A stretch of 63,763 bases of DNA, counting the filler, from Choristocarpus tenellus KU-1152 (lineage: Eukaryota > Protista > Phaeophyceae): the NCBI GenBank assembly GCA_964200185.2. It is 10 parts of 10 records of this genome, joined end to end, with 100 filler letters (N's around TTAATTAATTAA, not from the genome) between each part and the next. Parts side by side here need not be neighbours in the genome. Positions count along the whole stretch, not along the records: positions 1 to 14,168 come from CAXNAD020001264.1; 9 more parts are not named here. One strand, written 5' to 3'. A model generated the notes under the pieces. That model had not been told where the DNA came from and made no database searches. It saw nothing but the letters and a program-made list of their open reading frames with translations. The translations under genes were made by a program, and so were the position numbers. Below are positions 1 to 14,168 of this stretch, piece after piece; within the stretch, counting starts at the first letter, position 1; each line of letters begins with the position of its first letter.

Positions 1-798
1 CAGCTCCCCACTACCCCCTTTCCCCTCCAGCCCCCCCCCCCCCCCCCCCCACAACACTAGCAAAAAATCACTGTCTTGTCTTCTTGTGTATTTTGCATAT
101 ATGTATTAGATCACAGAGGAGGGGAAAGATAAAACACATAAAGTTCAGCACAAAAGCATTGATAAGAAGGGATTATTGTCAGCAGCCTTCAAACCCTAAC
201 CCTAACCCCAGAATAAAATAGAAACGAGCAATTAGCACCAATAAACCACTACACACACACACACACATTCACCATAAACCTCGGTTAGGTTCAGGGTTGG
301 CAAATGCTACAGTACATCATACAGTCACTTTCTATTTATAGCACCATTGCAAAATAAGAAAATTAGTGGGGGCGGGGAACGGTGGAAGCCTAAGAAAAAA
401 TATTCCGAAGCTTGTGAATCATCTCAGTAATAAAATTGCTGACAGGACGGATAGTACTACTGGTGGTATAGATATTAGTCCACAAAAATATACTGTGAAC
501 GGTTTTTACTCCTGCCTTATATCCTGTTTCCAACCAAATCAACTAAAACTGAACTAGTCAACTTCACACCCTCAGCAGCATACATATCCTACCTATAGTA
601 GTAGTAGTAGTTGCAAGTTTCTAGGTAAGATAGGGCTTACATCTGCAATATGTTACTGCCATACATTAGAAAGTGATGAAAATAATATGGGAATAAAACA
701 ATATTCACATCATGCACTATCAGTCATGCACTATCAGTTCCTCCTCAATACTGCACTCACCATGGGACACACTTCATTCAATCTTGCATCGGAGAACA

Positions 799-930
799 CC
801 AATTGATAGATCACTAGTATAGATACAACCCCAATCCTAACCCAATTGATAGATCACTAACATAGATACAACCCTAACCCAATTGATAGATTACTAACGT
901 AGATACATCCCTAACCTTAACCCTAACCCC
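799..930. repeat. Three-copy 37-43 bp tandem repeat ending in telomere-like CCCTAA
   Basis: Unit CCAATTGATAGAT(C/T)ACTA…TAGATACA…CCTAACC repeated three times. Confidence 0.8.
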
Positions 931-1574
931 CCTCTGTGCACGAAAACAAGTAAAAACATGAAATAAAAAACATGCATTTTTTTTTTGTAAAAGGACACTG
1001 AGTTTTGAAGGCCCCTATGGCCCCTATGACATCCTTACAATTTGAGTGATTTGAGTACTGTGGAAAGCACTCTTGGCAAGCACTTGTGTTTGATACTAAG
1101 ATCTTGTCTTCTAAAGCTAAACCCTCCTCAGAGGAGATACCTGCATTTCTGTCATGTTTTTTTTTGTATATTGCACATGGACCTTGAAGCAAACCCTAAC
1201 CCTAACTCAGAAAGGAACAAAAACAACGCTAACCCTGTCTCCCCTTGAAGAGTTTCACTCACTCACTTGCATCTTCAAGTTTCGCCAGCGATCACTACAG
1301 TACCCTTCCCCATATAGAGATTTCCAAGCACATCATACACGATACAGTTACATTTACAGTTACACACACAGGAACACATGTGCTTCAGCTCAAAAACATT
1401 CCGTCCGTACTAATTATTCCACACCCAATCAAAAAAGGATATACCTCAACGGCTGCACAGACAACCCCCCCCGGTCAACTGTCAATAAACCCTAAAAGCA
1501 CACACAACACGTACAGACGACTCTTCCGAATCTCAATTTGAATTTTTGAAAACTCTTCCGAAAATGTCTCCCAC

Positions 1575-1783
1575 CTTGTACACGGTGAAAAGCTCTGGCA
1601 AGGGGCGGTGCAAGAGGTCCTTGTTGCCCGTCATGATTGCCCACGGCCATATCTTTTCTCCTTCGTTCTTACGATGGAGAGCCTTGTCCTCAGAAAACAT
1701 TGTACGCCTGGACAGTGAAAAAGGACACAACACAACACATTAAAGATACAAATAGAAATAGAAATAGAAATAGAAATAGAAAT

Positions 1784-1817
<34 letters not shown>

Positions 1818-3806
1818 TTTTTTTTAAAAGAAGACCAGATGTGATGATCGTATCTACCTTCTGGTAAATGTGAAAGCCCCCTTCCCCTTCTTACCTGTCA
1901 ATGTACTTGAAGCCCTCCCATGCTGGCTGGTATTTGAATCCAGTAATGAAGGAGGTGTTGGTGTCCCTAAACTCCCCCAATATCCCAGCAATCTCACCCT
2001 TTTGAAGGATGAGGGGAAGAAGAGTTCCATTTAGTAGGAAGGCAAGGAATGGGGGCAGAGAGTAGCACGGCAGTTGGGGCCATCAGTGGGAAGGGGCAAG
2101 GGAGGGAGGGGGATATCGGCATGGAGGTTGACTGAGTCCAAGATGCTTTTGTTCAACCAATCAACCCCAAACCAAGCGCTTTTCCGGTCCTGCAATATAC
2201 TCCACATCAATCACTCATTCAGGTGGCAGGGGGCAATGCAGGTGGAGATGGGGGGGGGGGGTCTGTTTCGGGGAGAAGAAGCAAGTTTATAACAGAACAA
2301 AATTACTAAACTACAACAATAAACTACACTACATTAAACTGCTGCAAACTGCACTGTGTTGGAACACCCCTCCATGTGCTACAAATTGCTCTGTAGCACT
2401 ATAGAGTACAACGTGGTAGATTGGTTAGAATCAAGAGGTTGCAGAGTATCCCTCTGCTCCAATGCTCCAATATCCATAGTAACAGAAACGTTGAGAGGAG
2501 CTGGAAGTTGGGGTTAGGGATGTGCCCTCTAGCAGTCACCATACCCTACAGGCAGCGACAATAGGGGGAGGCGATGTAAGAACGAAGTATACCCAGTGGG
2601 GCGTATGCCATGGAATGTCTCCTCTAACCCTAACCCTAAACCTAACCCTACACCGTGTTATATTTGTTGTGAAAATAAATAATAACAGCTCACCGTTGGT
2701 AAGAGGGGGAGATCGGACCCACTAAGGTTGATGAAGTAGTCCCACTCCTGATTCCAGAGGATTGCCTGGGCTATTCCATACACTGCAGTCAGTGTCATAG
2801 TGAACCCTGCCAACGGGGAGGAGGGGGAGGGCACGAGTACCTATAAATTAGTACAATCTCTAACTTCTCAAGTACATAAATGTACGGAGAGCAAGCAGAT
2901 GGGTCGTACACACAATGTTGTGTGAGGAAAACACCTATATTGCTTAGTCATGATACTGTGCACATGTGTGTGACCATGGCCGTTGGCAAGTCCAAGCCCC
3001 TGAGTGACAACACCTTGGACACTACACAAAAGAACCCTAACCCTAGAGCATACACACAATCTTCTACTAGGCCATACTCTAGGAAGTGTTTGCCTCACAC
3101 CAATACACACTGGTGTATGGAGACAGCAAGAAACTCACCTCGACCGTTCTCTGGACACATTGAAACTAACATCAACTACAGTAGAAGTTTGAGTCTGATA
3201 GCTCGCTGACATGGAACACGGAGTATTTGACCTCAGTTTGTGCTTTAAAATTCCCCTCCCTTCTCCTTGTGCTTTTGATTCCTCAAAGCACTACCGCACA
3301 GCAACACACTCAGCACACACAGAAAAAAAAAATCTTGGTAACTGTTGAAAAGCTGACATCGCCATGAAAAAAAAAGAAAGTCATACCTGAAAGTTATACA
3401 CACTTTTTTTTTTCTTGGGAGGTCAGTTTGAATAAGACACGGGACAACTTACAAACCGAGCATTGAGGCTCATTACTACGCCAATTGTGAAGAACCTGTC
3501 ACAAAAAAGTAATTGAATACACTGAGTTGACAAAGAGTGTTAGCACCCCCTCCAACCCCCACCTCCACTGAAGGTGATGTGATGTAGGATGCAACGTAAC
3601 AATTACATCATAGATAATAACCCCAAGGACATCCATAGTTGTAATAGCCCTCTACTACCACTCACCACCCCATGTCACTGGCGCAGCAGGTTCAACCAGC
3701 TTAATGTTGGTCCTCCCTTGTCCTCGATTTGCCAATACCTGCCCTATCCTCCGCTTTAGATGGGCCCTTGCCTTTGGGTTTGCCTGCTCCCCTCCAGAGT
3801 ACATGT

Positions 3807-3854
<48 letters not shown>

Positions 3855-4201
3855 ACGCTTGTGTTCTGTAACTCTCTGTGTGACTTCATTTGATGGGCAC
3901 GTGTATCTTTGTGTGTGTGTGCTGGGGGAGGGGTAGGGCAGTGTGTGTATTCATTTCATATGTCTGCCTACATTCAGGGCGTGCACCTCAAGTTGAAAGG
4001 GGACCGTACCACTTGCACTCTAGTGTACATGTAGGGCAATACCTTGGCATCCAAGTGTATCAAAAAGTAATGGTCGATGTGATAGAGGTTGCGAAAGATC
4101 GCATCCAGGCCACCCATCTCCGGCCAGCCAGATATTATAATGAAGAACAGAAGCTTCGCCTTCGATGGGTCATTGTCCTCTCTAGGCAATGTGGCTTTTG
4201 C
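1575..4201 (-). CDS. Glycosyltransferase family 14 (core-2/I-branching enzyme / peptide O-xylosyltransferase-like), catalytic-domain exons 4201-4043, 3783-3666, 2806-2694, 1998-1895, 1707-1575; 3' end not found
   Basis: All GT-AG junctions are phase-consistent. The spliced product contains GT14 hallmarks LYHIDHYFLIHLDAK, APVTWGGFTMTL, WDYFINLSGSDLPL and RPLPELFTVYK. Confidence 0.9.
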
Positions 4202-6115
4202 CTACCAGTGCATGGGCGAGGGGAGGGGGCATTGCAGCTCAGATGACCTTGTCTTGAAGCATCAATGCCCCATTGCTAACAACGGGCCACAGAAAAGCAC
4301 ACTCTCGATACATTCCGATAAAAAGACCAACCTATTGCAACCAATACCAGTCAGCAAATAAAGTATTACAAGACAGGGAAGGGGGGAAGGGGGTGTGGCA
4401 CATCATTATTTGTATTTGAAAAGAGTTGGCTATTAAATACATAGGTTTTGCAAAGTATAAGGAGGAATAAGCTGGTAGGTGGCATGTAAGGTCCTACCCA
4501 CTCTCCCCATCATGTCCCAGCTGCGGTAAAATCTGTGCTTTTGTGAAAATGGTGAATGGTAGCCTTATAATGACAACCCGTGACAGTTAAATCCTTTCAC
4601 GCCCCTCTAACATCACAATGGCGCTTCAAATATGACAGGAACACACCCTGAGTCCAAGGGTATCGATCGTACAAACTGTTGGGGTTTCTAACTGACGGAA
4701 CCTCGTCGAGGAAGGGATGTATAGAGCGCGAGGATAACTTAGGGATCATAGTCTAGAGGAAGGTATTAGGGTAGAAGGTTTGTGGGAAAAATGGAAAGGA
4801 GAGTCTTCAGTGTTCTTCTGCCGACCAAAGGAGCTGCTGTTTTCGACATGTCGAGGAGTCTTTCAGTGGTGAGTCACCTTGGTATCCACAACCTCGGGGT
4901 TTGCTGGAATACTTAACCCATCCACGTTTTTGTCTTGCCAGGTTACTGGATCGTCTCGTTCCAGAATCACCTTGGATGGAGAACGCGTTGTTAAGCTTGA
5001 TCGTTGACAAGATGAAAGATATGTGAGAATAGCCAAACCTTTCAACATTTGATTATCTAATAATCACATGGTGACCACTCTCCGATCCAATTCAATGAAA
5101 TTAATGCAATTCATTCAATTCTTCGACCCTGTTCCGCCCCTCACAACACACTATGATCCCAAGAACACAACACGAACTTCCACGTTGTGCGATCCATCCC
5201 ATATCAGTCCCCTCTAGTCAGCGTTACAGAGGACAGACAATAGTCTGCTGCGGTTCACCTCGACCCCATGACTCTTGATCACGTACAACATGATCGCCAG
5301 GCTGGATAGCATGGATATCCCCATCAAAACCAATAGCGCTTGCCTCATGGTGCAACTAGGTATCACGTGTTACCCTCGCGACTGAGCCTGACCTACTGGA
5401 ACTCTCAGAAATGCTTAACCTATGCTTCACCGACCGTGCCTGGTATCCGACCAGCAACCTAACCTATCTGCCACTGACATCACAATGTACCCTCACTACT
5501 ACCAATCAAGGAGAAGGCCGATCTACTTTGCATCAATTGTCGGTTGTAGTCAAGTTGTGAGAAACAGGGAGTTCCTTGTTACAGAAGAGGTCTTAGTTCT
5601 TACTACTACTACTACTACTACGACTACTAACTCCTAACTGTAGAGTTTGTTGTTTGATACGAATATATCTTATCATTTTATTCGCGTACTACATGACTGT
5701 ACGTACTACTATACTATTATACTACTATGTCTGTATGTTGTAACAGCTGAGACAACCTAAACGCTCAACGCTAGCGTTACTCACAACGCTCGAGGATATT
5801 ACAACGAACGACGTTGATCATATCTTGTGTCGTGAAGTGGAAGAATCTACACCTAGATAGGGTGGTCACGGTTCACAACACAGCATGATATATATATATA
5901 TATATTTGCATCATCGTAGTCCGTTTCATTCTCCTCACATTTAGTCTGGAGGATCTCAAACCTGTGGTCAGAAAAGTAATCCAAAGAAGGCAGAACACCC
6001 CATCACTGGTTAATTAACACCGTTCAGAAAACACGAAATTATTAGTAAGCGCAAGAAGCAGGGACGGACACTAGTTTTCTTGGTGCAATAAACACTACTT
6101 TATTGCTTTGCTCAC

Positions 6116-9100
6116 GAGTTCTGGATCAATTGGCCGGTCACTCTTAGCCTTACCTTGAGCAGGTTGGGATATCATGGTGGAGAGATGAAGTACAAACCAG
6201 TGCAGGTGGTACGGGTGTGTAGTTGATGGAGAAAAAACCTTGATGGACAAGTGGCTTGCCAGTGAAGGTAGCTAACTGTGATGGATAGCCTATGTACGCA
6301 TGCTAACAACGCAGCAGCTAAATAAGGTAGCCCAAGTAGGTCAGAGCACAAACACAATCACCACCGTTGCATGTTGCTTTTTTTATTGTTTGTGAGTTTT
6401 CTGCTTGGGTCATTAAAAAATACATTCATTTGTCTTTCCTTAGTGTGGTATGTGATGAGTTGTGTTCATATTGGATGGACTGCGTGTGTGGCACTAAATT
6501 TGTCACTCGCTTTCCCATTCTTTCCATAGGTCCTGGCATTCAATGTGTTACGACATTAATACCATCATATCTTAGCTATTGGGTACTACTACTGTGTAGT
6601 GTTGAGGGTTTGCTGTTGGCTGGCCTTCTTAGCAACATTAAGTTTTTCTCTTACTCTATGTAATAGTTTTGGAGTGATACGCGTTTCTCAAAAAAGTAAT
6701 TGTGCTGGCATCGCTTTCCTATACTTTCTAAGACACAGGTTTGGGACCCCTCTCAGGCAAACCCTAAGAACAATTATTACTGTTCACAATACATAGGATG
6801 TTTGATACTAATTCAAGCACGAAAAGTGTCAATCTAGTTGAACTTTTTCCAAATTTCGAAACTGAAACTTCAATTACCCACGCTCATTTGGGATTTAAAA
6901 TAATAAGGAGTATATTGTGCCTTCTTTGTTCAACAAAGACACCAGTCGACCTCAATATCATTCAAACAGAGGTGGCGTCTTTCAATTCAACACTTTTTTT
7001 GGTGGGGACCAAATCTAACAACAGTTAAAATGCAACTGCTGCTTCTCACACTTTCTCACAAAAACATAATTCCCTCATACAGCAGTGTCAAGGTGTATGG
7101 AGGCGGGCAGTGACATACAAACCACATGACTGGTGTGATAGGTCATCAATTTCCTGTGATCTTTTCGACTGCTTTGCGATGGCAACCCCCAATTGACTAT
7201 GCACAACATGTGCAATTTTGCTGATAATTCTATGCTTCTAAGGCACATAACAATTGTGTTGGTAGTCTGAGGGGTGTGATCTCCTTGTTACAAAGCAAAG
7301 AAATGGAAAAACTTTGCGTATATGTACATTACTGAGCCAAAGTACATGGGTGGTGCCCAGGTTTTGACTGTTTTACATTTGAAGAGGCGTTCTTTTCGTC
7401 TCTTGCAATTCACTCTTATTCCCATGGACGAGGTGCGAAGGTTGACTTGATAGCATTGGTTTCTCCACTATTTTGAAAATTAGACATAATTCAGGGTAGT
7501 CCCTATCTGCATATGTAAAAAAATAAAATGAGCATTTATCAGCATCTTTACAATGCTGCCATGGATACCTCTTGTTTGCTTCAGCTCACATTTCATCTGG
7601 CAATAATATGCATCTACATGAAAACTGCGGAATCACTATCATTAAGGCTATAGACCTTTGGTGGGAACATATCACTCCTCCACCCAGTCTCCACACCCCA
7701 ACACTACATACATGCAAGTGATCGTGGGGCAAGGAAAGTGGTCTTCCTCATCTGGGGACTTCAGGTTGATGCACAGAAAGCGAGTTTGCTCTTTGTATAC
7801 TTGAGGTACTCTCCACCTTGATTGGCATTATGTTACTGTTCCAACCCTATTTTCAGGTGCTTACGAGGTGCAACAACATAGTATCACAAAATGAGTAGGA
7901 AACTCCACATTTGTTGGACAAGGAGGAGATATCTTAGACATTCACTATAGACTATCTAACAACTCCTTGAACCAAGCCAAAAATATGTTTGCCTTTTCGT
8001 ACAGAAAACAATTTCTAGTCAATTGCACACCTACATTTAGCAACCACCTCGCTATGCCTCCTACTCCTGCTCTCCCACAATCATGCTCTTTGTCCTCCTC
8101 TCTCACTCCATACCCCTAATCCTTTCTGCCTAGCAAGCATGCACTATTTGGTCGCAATCATTGTGAGGTGTACCTAGAACGGGGGATTTTATTCATCACT
8201 GACAACCTTCTTAATACTAATTCGGCACTGGAAACCCCTCTTAACAGAGCTATTTCTCACTCCCCCGCCTCCCATGCACACCTCAGAATTTCCCTCAGCG
8301 CAGCAAATAGTTTTTATAGACTTGCAATTTCTTCGAAAAAGATATGGCATCTAGCTGCACAGCACCAAAGGGTGGAACAAACATCCTAGTGAAACAAGCA
8401 AGTTCCAACTTCCCGCTTGAAAGGAGCATGCTGCTGTTGCTTATTGCTCTCCAAAAGATAAATCAACGACTGCAAGCACCTTCGACCTCTCTCTAATCCC
8501 CAGCTCATCTTGCTTATTTGTGCTGCATCTTGGCACCTAGAGCAGTCTTGGGTCGACCAAATGTGTCCCATGGTGCATCTCCAAGGTCATTGCCCATGTT
8601 CTCTCTCATCTCTTGAAGCTTTCCTTGTAGCCCCTCCATTGGTGTGAGGTGGTGAGGGAGAGCAACCTAAATGACAAATGGTTGTGTGCACAGTTCAGAT
8701 AGTAAGCATAATGATCTTTTAGTCCATCTTTTCTTGAAAGGAGAAACTAACTACTTCCTCACTCCCCAGCTCTCTTGGAGATAAGTGACTGAATAGACTA
8801 GTGAGTTGATGGTGGAGTAAGACAAGGTCAGATTTTCCAGTTGAAGCGATCGGTGATGAGAGAAACCGACAGGTAGACCGTGGACACAGTTTTCCCTTCA
8901 TTGAGTTTGCATCATGTTGGTTAGGTAGTGTGTTGCATAGTTGCAATATAATAAATAACCAATGGGAGCAAATTGTTGACCACATCCATACCAAGGATAG
9001 GGAAGGCAATACAACAGTCGCCATAGTGTCAAACGCTTGTCCTCCTCCTTGTCTCCCTCACTGTTTCGTGCTCACTCTCCCATTCCTATTTGTCAAGGAA

Positions 9101-12100
9101 TACTTACCTTTGTTTTCGTGAGAGGCTTGGCCGCCTCAAGGCGAGACTGGATGGCAGAACCGCTCTCCTCCTTGGCTCCAGCCACTTGGGGACCAGAGTT
9201 GTCATCTGCGCCAAGCTTGCTCTCCCGCCGAGGTTCTACTTCCTCAGTGGAAAAAGGATGGAGTGGTAACAAAGGTCAGGTGAAGAGTCTAGCATGTCAA
9301 GGGTAATTATTTGTTCACTAGAGGAGATTTCTTGGTGCAAGTACAAAGGCAGAATATTCAATATGATCACCAAACATGAAGTCAAGAGCGTTTTCAGTCC
9401 TACATCAATTTGTAGTTAAGTTGTGGTGTCACTGGGCAATGCGACTTTGAGAATGGGATATTGAGAGAACTATCATGGATCCAACACGTCATCTTCAACA
9501 TGGCCAAGAAAGATGTTGAAACACTGTTTCGGAGATGCTTGCTGTCCCACTCTCAAGCTTTGACCCAAAGCATTTAAGAGGGTAGGACCAAGTCCGTTCG
9601 GGGTCATACATCCAAAGTAACGATTTTAGTGGATAAAAAATGTTCTAATTGTCCCAAGAGTGAATTTGCCTGTTCTTTTGTATTGTGAGCTTTTAGCATC
9701 TATTATGCCTGAGCTTTGTCACCAGGTTCATGAATGATAATGGTGTATCATAGTGCCTCTTGGGTTGTTTCTTGCCTCAAATCACATTCTGTGCAACGTT
9801 TGGCCGATGTTGGTCAATCGCTCAGATTCAGAGCCCCCTAATCTTTCCTGCCCATGGCTTCTGACACATGATGTACAGGCTATACATAACTAGCTATTAA
9901 TAAACTTTCAAGGCAAGGCTTCTTGTCTCAACCTACACTGTCAACTACTTCACCAAGCCCAAGGGAAGGTGCGACTCACATATCAGGAACATGTTGTCCT
10001 TCTTTTCGAAAATAGGCATTTTTTGAAGGTATCGACAACACAACACTGTCCTCGTTTTTTCTGCACTTGCACCCTAACCCTAACCCTAACCCTACGGTAA
10101 GGTAAAATAGGAAGTTATACCCTTAAGCTCCTATCTGCTCACCAGAATTCTTGCTGCTTGATTCCTCCCCCTGTCCTGCCTTGGATGCCTTGCTGCTTCC
10201 CCTGTCCGGTTGGTGTCCCATACCATCCCCATTCCTGCCATGTCTATTGCCTCCTCGAGTGGCAAATGGCTCTTTAGGTTGAGCTAGAGCACTGCTCCTG
10301 GAATTACCACCCCCATGCACTGACAATGGGTCGATTGCGTGTATGAAGTATACCAGTGAGCACGTCCGTGGTGTCATGAGAATAGGTTAAGGTTCAATCC
10401 TGGTATCATATGAAGAGCAAAAGAAAATGCTTGTCACAAGTTTAAAAAAATGTGATAACCTGGGGACCATATCCTCCCACCCTTTTTAACCCAATTTCCA
10501 TCAACATACTCCCTCTCCAGATTGTTGTGACACTGTGAACGACAAATTTGTGCTTGAGCTGATGTGTTCAAACTCATGTCACCAATAGGAACCAAACTAA
10601 TTGAGAGGTATGCAGGTTTGGACCCTTTTGCATTCTAAGCCATCTAGTGCAGTACAGTCCATTTCATTTTTTTTATATGAGCAATAGTGCACACAAAATT
10701 GAATTACCCCTTTCCACATAAAGTGACCCCAAAATTAAGCAAAGGCTCTTTCTACAGTTGCACAAAATGGCATCTTTGGGGTCTTTCTTGGGATCCTTCA
10801 AATGCAATCCTGCCCACCTCTCAATCGTTTTGACTCGAGGCACATTGTCCCCACATTATGTCCATCATATGTCCTACGCAACCCATCTAGCACATAGTTC
10901 CACCTGCTCAAATCCTCACTTCCATCCCACTCAGACCGTTGAGCTCTTTCAGCAGAGGACAGGGAGATCTCAACGCTTAATTCCACCACTACACTCTAAT
11001 AAAGGCTAAAAATGATCAAGATTAGTTTGTATCAAAATTTTTATGGATCATCTCAATAGACCCCTCCCAACCTATTACCTTCTCCAGCACGACTTGTTCT
11101 CTCCCCCTCAGATCCCGTAGCTTCATCCCCCACCCCCCAAACCTCATTTTCTCCTACTCTCTTTCCCAGCCCTGTTCCTCCCCCTGTCCCTTCCCCCGCC
11201 CTTGCTGCTGCCTCCACCCTAAGTCCCGTCCCAGCCCCTGTCCCTTGCTGTTTTCTAAAGGCCAGCAACCGCTCAGTTGCAGCATCTGACAATTCAATGG
11301 GGGAAGATCCCCTGATATCCCTTCCTTTGCCTTTCCCCCCCCCCCCCTCCTCCTCTTTTTTCTCACCTGCGCTCTTTACACATGGTGAAATACAAGGAAC
11401 AAGGCACGGACAGGAACAATTGCAGCCCAAAGTCAAGAGGTGTAATAAAATGGTGGAGATTTTTATGGTGGCCACATGAACATCAGGGAGAATCGGCTAT
11501 TCTTGCTGTGATGAAAATGCGAGTCTGTGAGATGATTGCATGGAGTAGTTTCCTTGTTTAGATGCAAAGACTATTCCAATATACCTCCAGTGGCTTCCTT
11601 TAAAAACCTACTGCCCCACCACTGAACTACAACAAGATTATCAACATTGGTAGTAATAATTCAACAAGAGGCTCGTGCTGAATGGGGTGCCAATTTTGTG
11701 AGGTTCAGGTAGTAAGTAAGTGGTATTGCAAGGGGAATGTATATTGTCAAGGTAGAGTGATATGCGAACTGTCCTTTCAAAAAGTGGAGTATAGAGCGAT
11801 GTGTGGGGCATTATGTTAGAATTAAAATGTGAAGTAATATATGGCCTATTCTGTTGGGAGGAGAGAATTGTTGCTGTTGATACAAGTGAACCTCATTCAT
11901 TAATCTGGGATGGCTCAGAAAATCGAGGTAAGGTAGGTAAGTGAGTGATGGACAAGAGAGGAGATGAGAAGGGGGAAAATATTTGGATGAAAATGTACTG
12001 TTGCCTTCTTGACTCACCATAAGGATGCAATGCTTGGAGTATTTGTAAGGGATACCATACATCTCTCTTTTCTACGTAGGTATTTAGAGGACTAGCTTCG

Positions 12101-13916
12101 ATATCAAGTTGCCTACAGCTCCTTTGCCATCTTATTTAACAGGGCCTCCCTAACTACTACGCCCCTTAAGTGGGTGCCTATTTTATGGGTCGTTTTTTTC
12201 ATCGAGTGGGTATGATTTTTGTTCTGCTTGGCATCACCATACACAAATGAAGTTCTCATTCACCTTGGGTAGTACCTTGCTCGATTTTGAAAGGGAGCCT
12301 CGTCCCAATGCAATAGATGGTATATAATTCCATGCTCTGCTTAATTTAAAGCATGGGCTATAGAAACACTGGGTTCATGACAGCATGCTTTAGCGCATCA
12401 CTACACTCTACATTCATCACACTTCTCAAAGTAGGTCTGAGTTCAATGTATATCGACTATTGAATAAAACTCTATTGTACCAATTACTTCTGTGACCACT
12501 GCAGTAGCAATCGGGAAGAATACTAATATGAGACTCACATAAATACTAATATAACAATCATACATTAATGAACAACCAAATAGCTTTCTCGTGTGTACAT
12601 ACTTTCCATGTTTGCTGATGGTTCTCTGGGCTTAGCAACGGCACTCTTGTAATATGTAGTGTGTCTCTCTACCGTAAAATGTTTTTTTTTTTGTAGTGAC
12701 ACTGATGATCTGTTCTTTCAGACAAAATTGTTCTGTGGTTTTACCTTGATATTGCGTTTCTCCATTTCCTGCTCTAGTGCTGCGGCTGTCTGCCAAACTG
12801 ACACCTTCCGCAACTGTTCCCACCCATCAGGACCTTCTGTCATTGCCCTGATCTGATAGCCTCTACCCTTGCTGGACACATCTGGGAATCTTTTGAGGAT
12901 AGGTAAATAGGATCAACCGTAGGCACAGATGGGTGTCAAACAAGGGTGTAGGAGGTGCAGCGTGGGTGGCATAAGGAAGGCAATGGATGATGCATGCAAA
13001 TATGTATGGTACTAAGATGAGGAAATGCTAGGATGACATAAACAAAAAATAATAATATGGAAGATCTGCCACTCGGAACATATTGCATCACAGAGAGAGT
13101 TGGGGATTGGCTTGCATCAATTTATTTTTCACACCAACATACATGAAGGAAAACCAATAAGGAAGTGCCAATTGTCCCTGGGGAAATCCGTGATTCCCCA
13201 CAACAGCATACGCCCAACAAGTACTTCAAAATCCTCGTTTCCTACGCCAGATCTTAATGCCTGCTCTATTGCACAAACACACTGCACACCTGGAGTCCAG
13301 CAAGGGATTCTCCTCTCCCCCTTCTGCAAGTACCACGTAGAACATGCCATCAAACCATATACCAATGGTGACCACGCCCCTTGCAGAGTATGACTTTGTA
13401 GCAACTAGGTCCACCTCTTGGAAAGCTACCTCTGCCTCTGCATCCCTTGCCGTCTACCCTCACATGTCCCCACCATGGTCGACCCCCATTCCAAGAATTG
13501 TGTTAAATGCGATTGTCGTTGTTGTTTGGCAAGGTGGTTCCAGAGGGGAGGTTGCCATTGTGACAATCGGTCAGCAAGTTAGAATGGGTTTTCTTTTGCC
13601 AATTGAGGGGAGAACATTCAAGAGGGAAAAATTCGAAGCATAAAATCAGTAGCACAACAAATTAGAGTGGTTGTGGGAAAATGTAGTCGAGACAGCAAGC
13701 GGCAATGCCACAATATCTGCTAGAACCGACTAAGAAGATCTGACACACAAGTAGCGCATTTGGATCCCTCAAACAACACGTGGGGGTGATAGAGGTGTAC
13801 GGGGGAGGGATCCAATATAATTTTTCTTTGACTGGAGGTGTCATTGTTACCTGAAACTCAAAGAAGCTTTGCATGCTGTCACCTTCGAACCATGATGATA
13901 CACTATCTTCCAGGCC
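6116..13916 (-). CDS. Upstream exon chain, probably the N-terminal part of the GT14 gene (or a separate gene): 13916-13851, 13453-13290, 12889-12745, 12071-12018, 11373-11367, 11285-11079, 10319-10143, 9235-9108, 8666-8537, 8249-8174, 7816-7712, 7196-7123, 6153-6116
   Basis: 13 exons with canonical GT-AG ends splice in frame without stops into exon 4201 (…DRPIDPEL|AKATLPRED…). The first exons read as globular sequence (GVVTIGIWFDGMFYVVLAEGG, RFPDVSSKGRGYQIR), followed by a G/S-rich linker. Some internal exon choices are uncertain. Confidence 0.55.
10613..10830. repeat. Dispersed intronic repeat, homologous to ~59815-60050
   Basis: Shared blocks GCAGGTTTGGACCCTTTT, CCCCTTTCCACA, AAGGCTCTTTCT, GGATCCTT…ATGCAA…CTGCC…CCTCTCA…GTTT(T)GACTC in the same order at both loci. 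Confidence 0.7.
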
Positions 13917-14168
13917 CTATGGCAGAATTGATGAAGAAAACAAGAACATGAGGGGGAGAGAAGGAAGTGGATCTGGGGGAGATGTAGTCATTAGTTGCAA
14001 GTCGAAGATAGGGAAACCATGTACTTGCAACTTGCTGTTTGGTGATGGGTTTTTCCTCTATTTTGTCAAAGCTCACTACTGGGCGGGGAAGTACTGTGTG
14101 GAGAACAAAGTATCTGGGGGGGGGGATGGTGGTTGTCCATTTGGGGCCAATTTTTTGTTGTCGCAGTT

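Noticed and set aside
1751-1815. (AAATAG)n, (CA)n, (CT)n and (TAC)n tracts here and elsewhere producing low-complexity ORFs
   Set aside because: Ordinary intronic microsatellites; the ORFs are spurious.
4570-5880. Possible LTR/retroelement relic in the GT14 intron (TCACAACA ends at 5148 and 5880)
   Set aside because: No TSD, PBS or recognisable domain could be confirmed.
6154-6238. Possible exon with an in-frame TGA (selenocysteine or readthrough) in the GT14 chain
   Set aside because: Better explained as the polypyrimidine tract of the stop-free exon 6153-6116.
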